Of a DNA stretch of 64,000 nt, positions 1-9,713 are shown piece after piece (the first letter of the stretch is position 1; every line of letters begins with the position of its first letter). Under the pieces are notes generated by a model. It made no database searches. It was not told the DNA's origin and worked only from the letters and a program-made list of their open reading frames with translations. The position numbers and the translations under genes are program-made. This stretch comes from Dehalococcoidia bacterium (GTDB lineage: Bacteria > Chloroflexota > Dehalococcoidia > Lucifugimonadales > Australimonadaceae): the NCBI GenBank assembly GCA_965116015.1, contig OZ220477.1, positions 1,165,704-1,229,703 on the forward strand. Direction: 5' to 3'.

Positions 1-1
1 C

Positions 2-1390
2 GTCCCCGTCCAGACCGGCAAGCGCGACCGATTCACCGAACTCCAACCCGCCGCCGCCTTCCACAACCTCGCCGACCGCATCCGCGACGAACTCCGCGAC
101 CACAACGACCCCGGCGACGCCCGCGCTATGCTCGCCTACCTCTCCGGACGCCTCCCCCACACCCCTTCCGCCAACTCCGACCTCTTCGCCGACTGGCTCA
201 ACCAGCTCGACAACCTCCCACCCGAAGCAGCCGAATGGGACGAAACCGACGCCTTCGCCGCCCGCCTCCACGAAATCGCCGCCGCCAAACGCGAAGAACG
301 CTCCAACGCCCAGCGCAAAACCCTCTCCGACACCCTCCACAACATAACCGCAACCTTCGCCGACGACCTCCGATACCTCGAACTCGAACCCCCAGCCCCG
401 CCCCCCTCCATCCCGCCCTCAGCCCTCGACAACGCCCTCAGCATCCTCGAAGAACTCCGCAACGCCCTCAACTCCTTCCAGCAAATCCGACCCCAAGCCA
501 CAACCCTCAGCGAAGACCGCCAGCGCGCCCAAGACCGCGACCGCCTCCGCAGCGAAGCCGCCCGCCTCATCCGATCCTGGCAAGAAACAACCTCAACCCC
601 CCTCCCCGACCCCAACATCCCCGCCCCCGAAGACAGCAGCGCCCCCTCCCAGAACCACGACTCCACCGAACAACGCCAACTCGCATCCGAAAACAACGCC
701 CTCCGAGCCGAACGCGACCGCCTCGCCGCCGGCAAGAAAACCGCCGAAGACGAGCGCGGCCAACTCGAACGCGACCTCGACGACCGCCAGGCCTCCTACA
801 ACAAACTCAGCGCCGAGAAAGACGCCCAGAGCGAAGAGAACAGCCTCCTAAAAAGCAAGCTCCGCGAACTCCGCGAGAAACACGACTTGCTCCTCCAGAA
901 CAGCCTCCTGCCCCGGATCACGGGAGAAAACCCGGACATCGAAATCAAAAACGTCCCCGACGCCATCCACCACGCCCGCCAGATGTACGAACCCGACAAG
1001 CTCCTCATCGCCTTCAACGCAGCGTCAGACGAAGACACCCCCTACCAGCGCCCCCGCGAGGTGTTCGACGCCCTCATGTGGCTCGCCACCGACTACTACG
1101 ACCTGCGCGTCAACCCCCCAGGCGCCGAACCCGAATACGACCGCCGCCTCAAGGAAGCCTGCAACGGCTGGAGCTTCAGCGCCAAACAATCCGACACCGC
1201 AAAAAATATGTTCCCCGCCGAATACAAAACCACCGTCAACGGAAAAACCTACACCCTCGACCCCCACATCGGCGAAGGCTCCAAAGGCGACCCCCAGATA
1301 ATGATCCGCATCGGCTTCGCCTGGGACGACGACATCCACAAAGTCATCGTCGGCTACATCGGCCTCCACCAGCGCACCAAAGCAAGCTAA
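2..1390 (+). CDS. hypothetical coiled-coil protein; the 5' end is probably outside the window
   Basis: The frame of ORF 128..1390 stays open back to nt 2. It has a long E/R/L/Q-rich coiled-coil-like middle and an ordered-looking C-terminus (...HIGEGSKGDPQIMIRIGFAWDDDIHKVIVGYIGLHQ). Codon usage is C/A-ending like its neighbours. Confidence 0.55.
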   Translation, partial: VPVQTGKRDRFTELQPAAAFHNLADRIRDELRDHNDPGDARAMLAYLSGRLPHTPSANSDLFADWLNQLDNLPPEAAEWDETDAFAARLHEIAAAKREERSNAQRKTLSDTLHNITATFADDLRYLELEPPAPPPSIPPSALDNALSILEELRNALNSFQQIRPQATTLSEDRQRAQDRDRLRSEAARLIRSWQETTSTPLPDPNIPAPEDSSAPSQNHDSTEQRQLASENNALRAERDRLAAGKKTAEDERGQLERDLDDRQASYNKLSAEKDAQSEENSLLKSKLRELREKHDLLLQNSLLPRITGENPDIEIKNVPDAIHHARQMYEPDKLLIAFNAASDEDTPYQRPREVFDALMWLATDYYDLRVNPPGAEPEYDRRLKEACNGWSFSAKQSDTAKNMFPAEYKTTVNGKTYTLDPHIGEGSKGDPQIMIRIGFAWDDDIHKVIVGYIGLHQRTKAS

Positions 1391-1627
1391 CCAACTCCCA
1401 CGACCCCTGGCCCGAACCCCCGCGCAACATCCGCAGGGAACGGAGCGGCGACCCAACCCGCGCCCCGGCTCAGCCCGCCGCGCCTCACCCCTTGCAACGA
1501 CGCCTCCCCGCGCGGCGCGCCAGCGCAGCAACTGCCGACCCCATCGAGAACCTGCGCAAGCGCGCAACGCCCAGCGCCGAGCGCCATCTCCGCGCTACCC
1601 CGCCTGGAACGCCTGAAACCTAACCCC

Positions 1628-2809
1628 CTAGTCCGCCACCCGGAGCGCGCGCTGCGCAGCCGCCACCCCTGCCCCCGCCTGCGTCTCATAACCCTGACGC
1701 GCCACCGCATCCTCCAGAGCCCCCAGCAGCGTCAGCACATTCGCCCCCGTACTGTTATGACCCATCAACCCAACCCGCCACACCTTCCCCGCCAGCGGAC
1801 CCAAACCCCCGCTCACCTCAACCCCGTGCCCCTCCAGCATATGCCTGCGCGCCTCCCCCTCCTTCAACCCCTCAGGAGCAACCACCGCCATCAACGTCGG
1901 AACGCTCTCCTCCACATCCGCAACAACCCGCAAACCCATCGCCTCTACCCCAGCCCGAAACGCCGCCGCGCTCCGACGATGACGCTCCCACCGAGCCTCC
2001 AAACCCTCCTCAACGATCAACCGCAACGCCTCCCGCAGCGCATAGATCATCGATATCGGCGCCGTATGGTGATACGCCCGCCGATCCCAGTAACTCCCCA
2101 GCTCCGTCAGATCAAGATAAAAGCTCCGCACCGGCGTCGACCTCTTAAGCACAACATCCATCGCCCGAGAACTCATCGTCAGCGGAGCCAAACCCGGAGG
2201 AGCCCCCACGCACTTCTGCGTGCAGCTGTAGCACACATCCACACCCCACTCGTCCGTCCGGAACTCAACCCCCCCAAGCGACGTCACCGCATCCACAACC
2301 AGCAACGCCCCCGCCTCATGCGCAACCTCCGCCATCTCCCTAACAGGACTCCCAACCCCCGTCGACGTCTCAGCATGAACCATCCCCACAGCCTTCACCC
2401 CCCCCAAACCCGCAAGCGCCTCCCGAACACGCGCAGGCTCCGCCGGCCTCCCGAACTCATGCTCCACCGCCACAACATTCGCCCCGTTCCGCGACGCTAT
2501 CTCCCCCAAGCGCTCCCCGAAATACCCATTCACCGCCGCAACAAACGTATCCCCCGGCTCCAGAATATTCACCATCGCCGCTTCCATCCCCGCCGTCCCC
2601 GTCCCCGAAATCGGCAACGTAACCGCATTCTCCGTCTGGAACACATACCGCAGCATCTCCCGAACATCATCCATCGCCCCCAGAAAATGAGGATCCAGAT
2701 GCCCCAGCAGCGACGACCCCAGCGCGCGAAGCACCCGAGGGTCAACGTTCGCCGGCCCAGCCCCCATCAGCAACCGGCGCGGAGGAACAAACTCAGTACT
2801 CGTAGGCAT
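1628..2809 (-). CDS. class V aminotransferase (serine-pyruvate / alanine-glyoxylate aminotransferase-like)
   Basis: The translation shows typical AGXT/SPT-family blocks (LLMGAGPANVDPRVL, PISGTGTAGMEAA, CYSCTQKCVGAPPGLAP). The start is placed at the internal MPTSTEF (M16 of the tracked ORF). Codons end in G/T, i.e. the gene follows the local strand bias. Confidence 0.8.
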   Translation of the reverse strand: MPTSTEFVPPRRLLMGAGPANVDPRVLRALGSSLLGHLDPHFLGAMDDVREMLRYVFQTENAVTLPISGTGTAGMEAAMVNILEPGDTFVAAVNGYFGERLGEIASRNGANVVAVEHEFGRPAEPARVREALAGLGGVKAVGMVHAETSTGVGSPVREMAEVAHEAGALLVVDAVTSLGGVEFRTDEWGVDVCYSCTQKCVGAPPGLAPLTMSSRAMDVVLKRSTPVRSFYLDLTELGSYWDRRAYHHTAPISMIYALREALRLIVEEGLEARWERHRRSAAAFRAGVEAMGLRVVADVEESVPTLMAVVAPEGLKEGEARRHMLEGHGVEVSGGLGPLAGKVWRVGLMGHNSTGANVLTLLGALEDAVARQGYETQAGAGVAAAQRALRVAD

Positions 2810-3248
2810 AGTGCGGCTCTCGACTAAGTGAATTTGCGCCAGGCGGTCAACCAACGCCCCTCAGCGCACGCACAGAGAGGCCCCGCCCCGGCGCCGCCGC
2901 ATTATAGCAACGCAGAACCCTCGCCGCGCTCCCACGCTCCCCCAGACCGGGAACCCCTCGCCCTCCCCTGCCCACGCTAGAAGCAATCTTTTTACATAAC
3001 AACTTTTCGAACAAAAGAAAGTCCTTCTGCTCTCACGGCCAAGAGCAGCCAGCCCGCCCTCATCCCGATTTCACCCCTAAAACGCCTGTGTCTGCCTCCC
3101 TCAGGAAAACCCGCGCTAGGCCAAACCTTGCAGAATATTCCGAACAAATGCTATCTAAAATCATTGTTATATGCATATCCAGAGGGCTAGTGTTTACCCA
3201 TCACGCCCCAGCCGGGGCCGCCGACCTCGGAGAACCTCCCCCCAACCT

Positions 3249-4145
3249 ATGCAGCGCCCACCCAGCATCCAGCACGAGCCCGTCATGACACAGCAAGCCA
3301 TCAACGCCCTCAACGTCCGCGACGGCGGATCCTACGTCGACTGCACCCTCGGCGACGGCGGACACGCCGCCGCCATCCTCGACGCCTCTGCCCCCTCCGG
3401 CAGACTCCTCGCCCTCGACGCCGACCCCGAAGCCATCGCCTACTCCGCCAACCGCCTCCGACCCTACGGCGACAGAGTCATCCTCTCCAACGCCAACTTC
3501 AACTCCATCCACCACGAAACCCGCGCCCACAACTTCTCCCCATCCGACGGCTTCCTCTTCGACCTCGGCCTCTCCTCAAGACAACTCGACGCCGAAGAAC
3601 GCGGCTTCAGCTTCCAGCGCCCCGCACCCCTCGATATGCGCTTCACCCCAGAAGGCCCAACCGCAGCCGACCTCGTCAACAACCTCCCCGAAGAAGAACT
3701 CGCCAATATCATCCAACAATTCGGCGAAGAACCCCGCGCCCGACGCATCGCCCGCGCCATCGTCGCCGCGCGACCCCTCAACAACGCCCTCCGCCTCGCC
3801 CAAACCGTCGCCCGCGCATCAGGCTACCGCCGAGGACGCACCCACCCCGCCACCCGAACATTCCAGGCCCTCCGCATCGCCGTCAACAACGAAACCAACA
3901 ACCTCCGTCTCGGCCTCGCACAGGCCGCCCAAACCCTCGCACCCGGCGGACGCCTCGTAACCATCGCATACCACTCCCTCGAAGACAGGGAAATCAAACG
4001 CTTCATCGCCAGCGGACAACTCTCCCCCGTCAACAAACGCGTTATCAAACCCGACAAAACAGAAATCGCTCGCAATCGGCGAAGCCGCAGCGCCCGAATG
4101 CGCATCGCCGAAAAACCCGAGCCAGGAGGACGCGTATGCCGCTAA
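3249..4145 (+). CDS. rsmH: 16S rRNA (cytosine1402-N4)-methyltransferase RsmH
   Basis: H-E-P-V-M N-terminal motif, DCTLGDGGH SAM-binding motif, DLGLSS, and the HSLEDR box. The start is placed at MQRPPSIQHEPVM so the HxPV motif is included. Confidence 0.9.
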   Translation: MQRPPSIQHEPVMTQQAINALNVRDGGSYVDCTLGDGGHAAAILDASAPSGRLLALDADPEAIAYSANRLRPYGDRVILSNANFNSIHHETRAHNFSPSDGFLFDLGLSSRQLDAEERGFSFQRPAPLDMRFTPEGPTAADLVNNLPEEELANIIQQFGEEPRARRIARAIVAARPLNNALRLAQTVARASGYRRGRTHPATRTFQALRIAVNNETNNLRLGLAQAAQTLAPGGRLVTIAYHSLEDREIKRFIASGQLSPVNKRVIKPDKTEIARNRRSRSARMRIAEKPEPGGRVCR

Positions 4146-4282
4146 CCCTCCGTGCCCCTCCAAACCCTCCCCCCCAGGACACGGACAACCGCCCTTGGAA
4201 ACCCAGTGATCTCAGGAAACCCAGCGCCTCGCAGCGAGGCCAAGGCCGCAAAGCCAAAACCTAGTAGGGGGTTACGCACACC

Positions 4283-5359
4283 ATGATGGAATCGTACGAC
4301 AAAGAGCTCCAGAGCCACGCAGAAGACGGCATCGCCCAAGTCAAGGTCATCGGCGTCGGCGGCGGCGGATCCAACGCCGTCAACCGCATGTACAACAAGC
4401 GCGTCCCAGGCGTCGAATACCTCGCCATCAACACCGACGTCCAGCACCTCCTCCTCCTCGACGTCCCCGTCAAAGTCCGCATCGGCGACAAACTCACCCG
4501 CGGACTCGGCGTCGGCGGCGACCCCGAGATCGGCCGCGCCGCCGCCGAAGAATCCCGCGAGGAAATCTACCAGGCCGTCCGCAACGCCGACATGGTCTTC
4601 ATCGCCTGCGGAATGGGCGGCGGAACCGGCACCGGCGCAGCCCCCGTCGTCGCCGAAGTCGCCAGAGAAACCGGAGCCCTCACCATCGGCGTCGTCACCA
4701 AACCCTTCGGCTTCGAAGGCCGCAGACGCTCCCAGAACGCCGACGACGGCCTCGCTCGACTCCAGGAAAGCGTCGACACCCTCATCGTCATCCCCAACGA
4801 CCGCCTCGCCTCCACCTGCGACGACTCCGTAACCGCCGACAGCGCCTTCAAAATGGCCGACAACATCCTCCGCATGGGCGTCCAATCCATCGCCGAACTC
4901 GTCACCGTCGCCGGCGAAATCAACCTCGACTTCGCCGACGTCAAATCCATCATGAGCGGCACCGGCCCAGCATGGATGGCCATCGGATCCGCCGGCGGCG
5001 AAAACCGCGCCGTCGAAGCCGCCAAAGCCGCCATCAACAGCCCCATGCTCGACGTCAGCATCGCCGGCGCACGCGGCGTCCTCTTCAACATCACCGGCGA
5101 CAGCTCTCTCACCCTCAAGGAAGTCCAGATGGCCGCCGATGTCATCTCCGAAGCCGTCGACCCCGAAGCCAACATCATCTTCGGTATGGTCACCGACAAC
5201 TCAATGGAAAACCACATCCGCGTCACCATCATCGCCACCGGCCTCCCAGAATCCGACAACAGCGAAGACCTCGGACAGGACGAAATCTCCGCCTTCCTCC
5301 GCAAAGCCCTCAGCGACGGCGTAGAACTCCCCCCCTTCCTCAAGTCCGCCCGATTCTAG
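4283..5359 (+). CDS. ftsZ: cell division GTPase FtsZ
   Basis: The tubulin signature [28 protein letters not shown] and NTDVQ are present. The protein is 358 aa. Confidence 0.97.
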   Translation: MMESYDKELQSHAEDGIAQVKVIGVGGGGSNAVNRMYNKRVPGVEYLAINTDVQHLLLLDVPVKVRIGDKLTRGLGVGGDPEIGRAAAEESREEIYQAVRNADMVFIACGMGGGTGTGAAPVVAEVARETGALTIGVVTKPFGFEGRRRSQNADDGLARLQESVDTLIVIPNDRLASTCDDSVTADSAFKMADNILRMGVQSIAELVTVAGEINLDFADVKSIMSGTGPAWMAIGSAGGENRAVEAAKAAINSPMLDVSIAGARGVLFNITGDSSLTLKEVQMAADVISEAVDPEANIIFGMVTDNSMENHIRVTIIATGLPESDNSEDLGQDEISAFLRKALSDGVELPPFLKSARF

Positions 5360-5381
5360 AGAGGCCCCCACTCGCCCAATC

Positions 5382-5404
5382 GTCTCCCGCATACCGCGGG
5401 AGAC
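5382..5404 (+). terminator. 9-bp stem hairpin just downstream of ftsZ (no U-tract)
   Basis: gtctcccgc / atacc / gcgggagac, starting 23 nt after the ftsZ stop. No T-run follows, so terminator function is uncertain. Confidence 0.3.
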
Positions 5405-5855
5405 TGCGGGGCCCCCTACATTCCGCTCTCCTCCCAACCCTGGGCGGGAGAGCGGAAAGGGGGCATAAGCCCGAACCCATTGCCCGCTACCCCTCCCCAC
5501 GCGCGGGCAACATCCAGGGGCAGACCTCCCAAAACCTGCCCTATCGATCCAAGGCCCGCTCCCCCGCCGCAAAAGGAGCCGGCCCGCCTCCAAAGGCCCC
5601 CGCGACTCAACTCCGGGGGCCTTCTCGCGCCCGCCGACCCAGCCACGCCTCCCGGCTCCAGATCCGGCGCCGCCTTACCCAAACCCCCGCGACCCTCCTG
5701 CATCGCGGCTCCGCATGCAGGTATCGCTGCGGCTGCTACCCGCCCGCACGACACCTACCTTACTCCAGGAGCCCTCCGCTCCCAGCTGGTCGCTGTTGCC
5801 CCGCCCGCGCGACACCTACCCTGTTCTGGCGTCCCAACCCCGCTCCCTACACAAC

Positions 5856-6086
5856 CCAACCCCCTCAACATCCCCCCACAGCTCCCCGAACATCCCCCAA
5901 CAAACCAGCTCCCTCCAGCAACAAACACGATCAGAAACCACCCTCCCGCCAACAACAGCGCCCCTCCCTGCCAGCCCAACAACCACACTCTCCCCCATCC
6001 GTCTGCGACCCCAACCCCCTCAACATCCCCCCACAGCTCCCCGAACATCCCCCAACAAACCCAGCTCCCTCCAGCAACAAAACACG
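5856..6086 (+). repeat. two copies of a ~75-bp direct repeat (5856-5930 and 6011-6086)
   Basis: ccaaccccctcaacatccccccacagctccccgaacatcccccaacaaac(c)agctccctccagcaacaaa(a)cacg occurs twice. The copies differ by two 1-nt indels, so no reading frame is conserved between them. Confidence 0.85.
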
Positions 6087-6435
6087 CCACTACCTACCCC
6101 AAACAGCCGCTCTCGACCACCGCGCCGGCCCGCGCCCCCTTGCCCATCCCAAACAGCCCATACCCCTCCCCAAACAACCCCCCATCCCACAACATCTAGC
6201 CGCCCTCGCCGCCGAAACAAGCCCATCTTGCGGAAACTCGACCCAACCCCTTGACTTCTCCCGTCAAAACCCCAACAATCCGCCATGCGAACCATACCCG
6301 CCCAAACCAGCGCCCCAACCTCACTCCCCACGCCCACCCTCGCCCCTTAACATCCGCTCATACCACCCCGAACAGCGCCGAACACGCCAGCTCCCCGACG
6401 CAACAAACACGGTCAGCAGGCAAGGTCGTGACACC

Positions 6436-7026
6436 ATGCGCTGCCCCAAATGCGGCGACCCAGACACCCGAGTAACCGACTCCCGCGACTCCGGCATGGA
6501 GATCCGACGACGACGCATGTGCTCCAAATGCTCCGTGCGCTTCACCACCTACGAGCGCGTCCAGCCCGACGCCCTCTCCGTCGTCAAACGCGACGGCCGG
6601 CGCGAAGACTTCACCCCGCACAAACTCCTCCACAGCATCCGCATCGCCTGCGTCAAACGACCCATCCCCAGCGGAGCCCTCGAAAAACTCGTCCACGACA
6701 TCGAAACCGACCTCCGCCAGCCCGCTAAATCCGAAATCCCCTCCTCCGCCATCGGCGAAGCCGCCCTCAACCGCCTCAGAACCCTCGACACCGTCGCCTA
6801 CATCCGCTACGCCAGCGTCTACCGCGACTTCGACTCCCTCGACGGCTTCATCGCCGAAGCCCAAGCCCTCCTCATCCCCAACCCCGAAACCGAAGACAAC
6901 TCAAGCCAGCTCGAACTCATCCCCAACGAGTTCACCCCACCCCCCAAACGCCAACCCCGACGCGGACGCCGCCCCGGAATCACCGAACCCATCCTCGCAA
7001 GAAACAACGCCCCCTCCCCAAACTAA
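6436..7026 (+). CDS. nrdR: transcriptional repressor NrdR with a C-terminal low-complexity extension
   Basis: MRCPKCGDPDTRVTDSRD...RRRRMCSKCSVRFTTYE zinc ribbon, followed by an ATP-cone (VVKRDGRREDF...AYIRYASVYRDF). The last ~40 aa are extra relative to typical NrdR length. Confidence 0.92.
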   Translation: MRCPKCGDPDTRVTDSRDSGMEIRRRRMCSKCSVRFTTYERVQPDALSVVKRDGRREDFTPHKLLHSIRIACVKRPIPSGALEKLVHDIETDLRQPAKSEIPSSAIGEAALNRLRTLDTVAYIRYASVYRDFDSLDGFIAEAQALLIPNPETEDNSSQLELIPNEFTPPPKRQPRRGRRPGITEPILARNNAPSPN

Positions 7027-7447
7027 CCCCCCAAACCCTAACAGCCTCTCCCGCGCGGAACGCTTCAGCGTCGCCATCTATAGGCTCCCAGAATCGCATT
7101 CCCCCCCTTCCGCGCGGAACGCGCCGCCGCCATCGACCACGTTCCCCGCCCCCGCGAGCGCCCTCCTCCCGCGCAAACGCATCATCGCCCGCGAACAGCG
7201 CCCCGAGCCCAGCCCGCCACGCGCGAACCCTGGCCCTCCGGCGAACAGCCGCCCGCCAACAGCTCCCGCGAACCCCAACTCCCCTTCACTCGCATTCAAG
7301 CCTCGACGCGTCGAGGCCCCCGGAGCGCTCAGCTCCCCTGAACGCTCCCCTCCCTACTCCTCAGGCCCCTCTCGATGCGCCACGGGAGCGGGCCAGCGGG
7401 CCCGACCCTAAGGATGGGTCGAGCCCGCCATCCCCCCTCCCTCCGAT

Positions 7448-7476
7448 TTGCCCCCGCCAACCCCCGCCCCTATACT
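7448..7476 (+). promoter_or_regulatory. sigma70-like promoter candidate for pdxA (TTGCCC-17 nt-TATACT)
   Basis: -35 at 7448-7453, a 17-nt spacer, and -10 at 7471-7476. The ATG at 7489 is only 12 nt past the -10 element, implying a leaderless or very short leader mRNA. Confidence 0.35.
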
Positions 7477-7488
7477 CCCCTCGCCCTC

Positions 7489-8508
7489 ATGAGCGAAATA
7501 AGCGAATCCCCGCGCATCGCCCTCACCCTCGGCGACCCCGTCGGCATCGGCCCCGAAGTCGTCGCCAAAACCCTCTCAAACCCCGACCTCTGGCGGGACG
7601 TCCTCCCCCTCGTCGTCGGCTCCCCCGACGTCCTCGACAAAGCCCTCTCCCTCATCGGCTCCCCCCTCCGCGCCCGCGAAATCCCCAACCCGAACGAATC
7701 CGCCCCCCACGAACGCATCCCCGTCATCTCCCCGCGCCACGACCCCGGACTCGCCGACCTCCCCTACGGCGTAGTATCCCCCCGCGCAGGAGCCGCCGCA
7801 GTCGCCTGGGCGACCGCCGCCGCCCGCCTCGCCCTCAACAACAACGTCAACGCCATCGCCACCGCCCCCATCAGCAAAGAAGCCGCCAAACTCGCCGGAC
7901 ACGACAACTTCGGCCACCAGGAAATCTACCAGAACCTCGCCCAAGTCCCACGAGTCCTCACCATGCTCGTCGCCCCCGGACTCCGCGTCGTCCACCTCAC
8001 CACACACCACCCCCTACGCAACGCCCCCAACCACGTAACCCGCGACCGCATCCTCGAAGCCCTCACCCTCACACACAACTTCTTCGCCCAACACGGATTC
8101 CCCAACCCACGCATCGGCGTCGCCGCCCTCAACCCCCACAACGGCGAAGCCGGCCTCATCGGCAACGAAGAAATCAACCACATACAACCCGCCGTCCACG
8201 ACGCCAACCAACTCAACATCAACGCCATCGGACCCATCCCCGCAGACTCCGTCTTCACCCAAGCCGTCGACGGCCTCTACGACGTCGTCCTCGCGATGTA
8301 CCACGACCAGGGACACATCGCCGTCAAAATGCGCGACTGGGCCGCAAGCCTCACCCTCAACATCGGCCTCCCCTTCCTCCGAACATCCGTCGACCACGGA
8401 ACCGCATTCGACATCGCCGGAAAAGGCCTCGCCGACCCCACCGGAATGATCGCAGCCGTCCGCTACGCCGCTCACATCGCCAGCTCCGGACGCATCCCCC
8501 CAAACTAA
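7489..8508 (+). CDS. pdxA: 4-hydroxythreonine-4-phosphate dehydrogenase PdxA
   Basis: Blocks IALTLGDPVGIGPEV, GHQEI, NPHNGE.G and MYHDQGHIAVK..SVDHGTAFDIAGKG are present. The start is at MSEISESP. Confidence 0.9.
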   Translation: MSEISESPRIALTLGDPVGIGPEVVAKTLSNPDLWRDVLPLVVGSPDVLDKALSLIGSPLRAREIPNPNESAPHERIPVISPRHDPGLADLPYGVVSPRAGAAAVAWATAAARLALNNNVNAIATAPISKEAAKLAGHDNFGHQEIYQNLAQVPRVLTMLVAPGLRVVHLTTHHPLRNAPNHVTRDRILEALTLTHNFFAQHGFPNPRIGVAALNPHNGEAGLIGNEEINHIQPAVHDANQLNINAIGPIPADSVFTQAVDGLYDVVLAMYHDQGHIAVKMRDWAASLTLNIGLPFLRTSVDHGTAFDIAGKGLADPTGMIAAVRYAAHIASSGRIPPN

Positions 8509-8597
8509 CCCCCAGCCCTCCCCCTGCCCAGCGCTATACTCGACGCTCGCCCAGCGTCGCCCCAACCGGCGCTCCCCCTGCGCGAGAGGTCCCCCCA

Positions 8598-9404
8598 ATG
8601 CGCGTTTCCTTCATAGGCGGCGGCGTAATGGCCGAAGCAATGCTCAGCAGAGCCCTCGCCGCAGGCCTCTGCAACCCCGGCGACATCACCGTCGCCGAAC
8701 CCATCGACGCCCGCCGCAACGAACTCGCCTCCCGCTACAACATCAACGTCTCCCCCAACAACCCCAACGCCGCAGCCGCCGGAGGCCTCCTCGTCCTCGC
8801 CGTCAAACCACAGCACATCCACCACGCCTGCCGCGACCTCCACAACGCCCTCCACGCCGAACAACCCGTAATGTCCATCGCCGCCGGAGTCCCCATCGCC
8901 GCCATCTCCCTCGCCCTCGCCCACAACCCCATCATCCGCGCAATGCCCAACGCCCCCGCCCAGATCGGCGCCGGCGTCTCAGTCTGGACCGCAACCCCCC
9001 AAGTCAACGACAACCACCAGCGCGACGCAGCAGCCCTCCTCCAAACCCTCGGCCTCCAGTGGCGCGTCGACACCGAAGACTACATAGATATGGCCACCGC
9101 CATCTCCGGCAGCGGACCAGCATACGTCTTCACCTTCATCGAAGCCCTCGCCGAAGCCGCCGTCCACATCGGAATCCCCCGCGATATGGCCCTCACCCTC
9201 GCCCTCGAAACCACCGCCGGCGCCGCCAAACTCGCCAGAGAATCCAACCAAAACCCCGCCATCCTCCGCCAAATGGTCACTTCCCCCGCAGGAACCACCG
9301 CCGCAGCCCTCCGCGAACTCGAACACGGACGCCTCCGCTCAACCATCATCGACGCCGCAACCGCCGCCCTCCGGCGCGCCCGCGAACTCGGAAACAACCA
9401 ATGA
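8598..9404 (+). CDS. proC: pyrroline-5-carboxylate reductase
   Basis: FIGGGVMAEAM Rossmann N-terminus, AISGSGPAYVF, and the TSPAGTTAAAL signature. Confidence 0.92.
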   Translation: MRVSFIGGGVMAEAMLSRALAAGLCNPGDITVAEPIDARRNELASRYNINVSPNNPNAAAAGGLLVLAVKPQHIHHACRDLHNALHAEQPVMSIAAGVPIAAISLALAHNPIIRAMPNAPAQIGAGVSVWTATPQVNDNHQRDAAALLQTLGLQWRVDTEDYIDMATAISGSGPAYVFTFIEALAEAAVHIGIPRDMALTLALETTAGAAKLARESNQNPAILRQMVTSPAGTTAAALRELEHGRLRSTIIDAATAALRRARELGNNQ

Positions 9405-9658
9405 AAGAAATCCTCTTCCTCCTCCTCGACATACTCTGGTTCCTCCTCATCGCCAACGTCATCCTCTCCTGGCTCATCGTCGCCGGCGTGCGCAACGACA
9501 TCGTCCGCCAGATCTACTCCGCATCCAACCAACTCCTCGACCCCATCCTCCGACCCATCCGGCGCGTCGTCCCCCCCATCGGAATGATCGACATCACCCC
9601 CCTCATCGCATTCATCCTCATCATCGTCGTCCGGCAGATCCTCAATCGCATCCTCTAA
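9401..9658 (+). CDS. YggT family membrane protein
   Basis: 85-aa protein with two TM segments (ILSWLIV...; IDITPLIAFILI) and the typical P.R...P..G.iD.tP pattern. ATGA overlap with the proC stop. Confidence 0.8.
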   Translation: MKEILFLLLDILWFLLIANVILSWLIVAGVRNDIVRQIYSASNQLLDPILRPIRRVVPPIGMIDITPLIAFILIIVVRQILNRIL

Positions 9659-9713
9659 ACCCCTCCATCCCACTCCCTATCCCCAACGGATAGCGCCCAT
9701 CACGCCGCCCAGA

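Noticed and set aside
235-1623. 462-aa ORF in an alternative frame, rich in R/P/T/H/Q. Similar long alternative-frame ORFs occur across 1-21 kb, for example 1757..2827, the 5' part of 4972..7026, the 5' part of 9998..12286, the 5' part of 11317..14874, 15338..16576 and the 5' part of 16893..20300.
   Set aside because: T-poor plus-strand DNA has almost no stop codons in any forward frame. The translations are low-complexity, overlap well-supported genes, and lack any motif.
3005-3052. agaaagtcc plus a 7-bp hairpin, resembling the RNase P RNA P4 motif (GAGGAAAGUCC)
   Set aside because: Only a partial match. The flanking sequence lacks the remaining conserved RNase P regions. It is more likely part of the rsmH/aminotransferase divergent promoter region.
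5480-6199. 239-aa proline-rich ORF between ftsZ and nrdR
   Set aside because: It is a pure A/C-codon translation. The 75-bp repeat it spans has frame-shifting indels between copies, which argues against coding.
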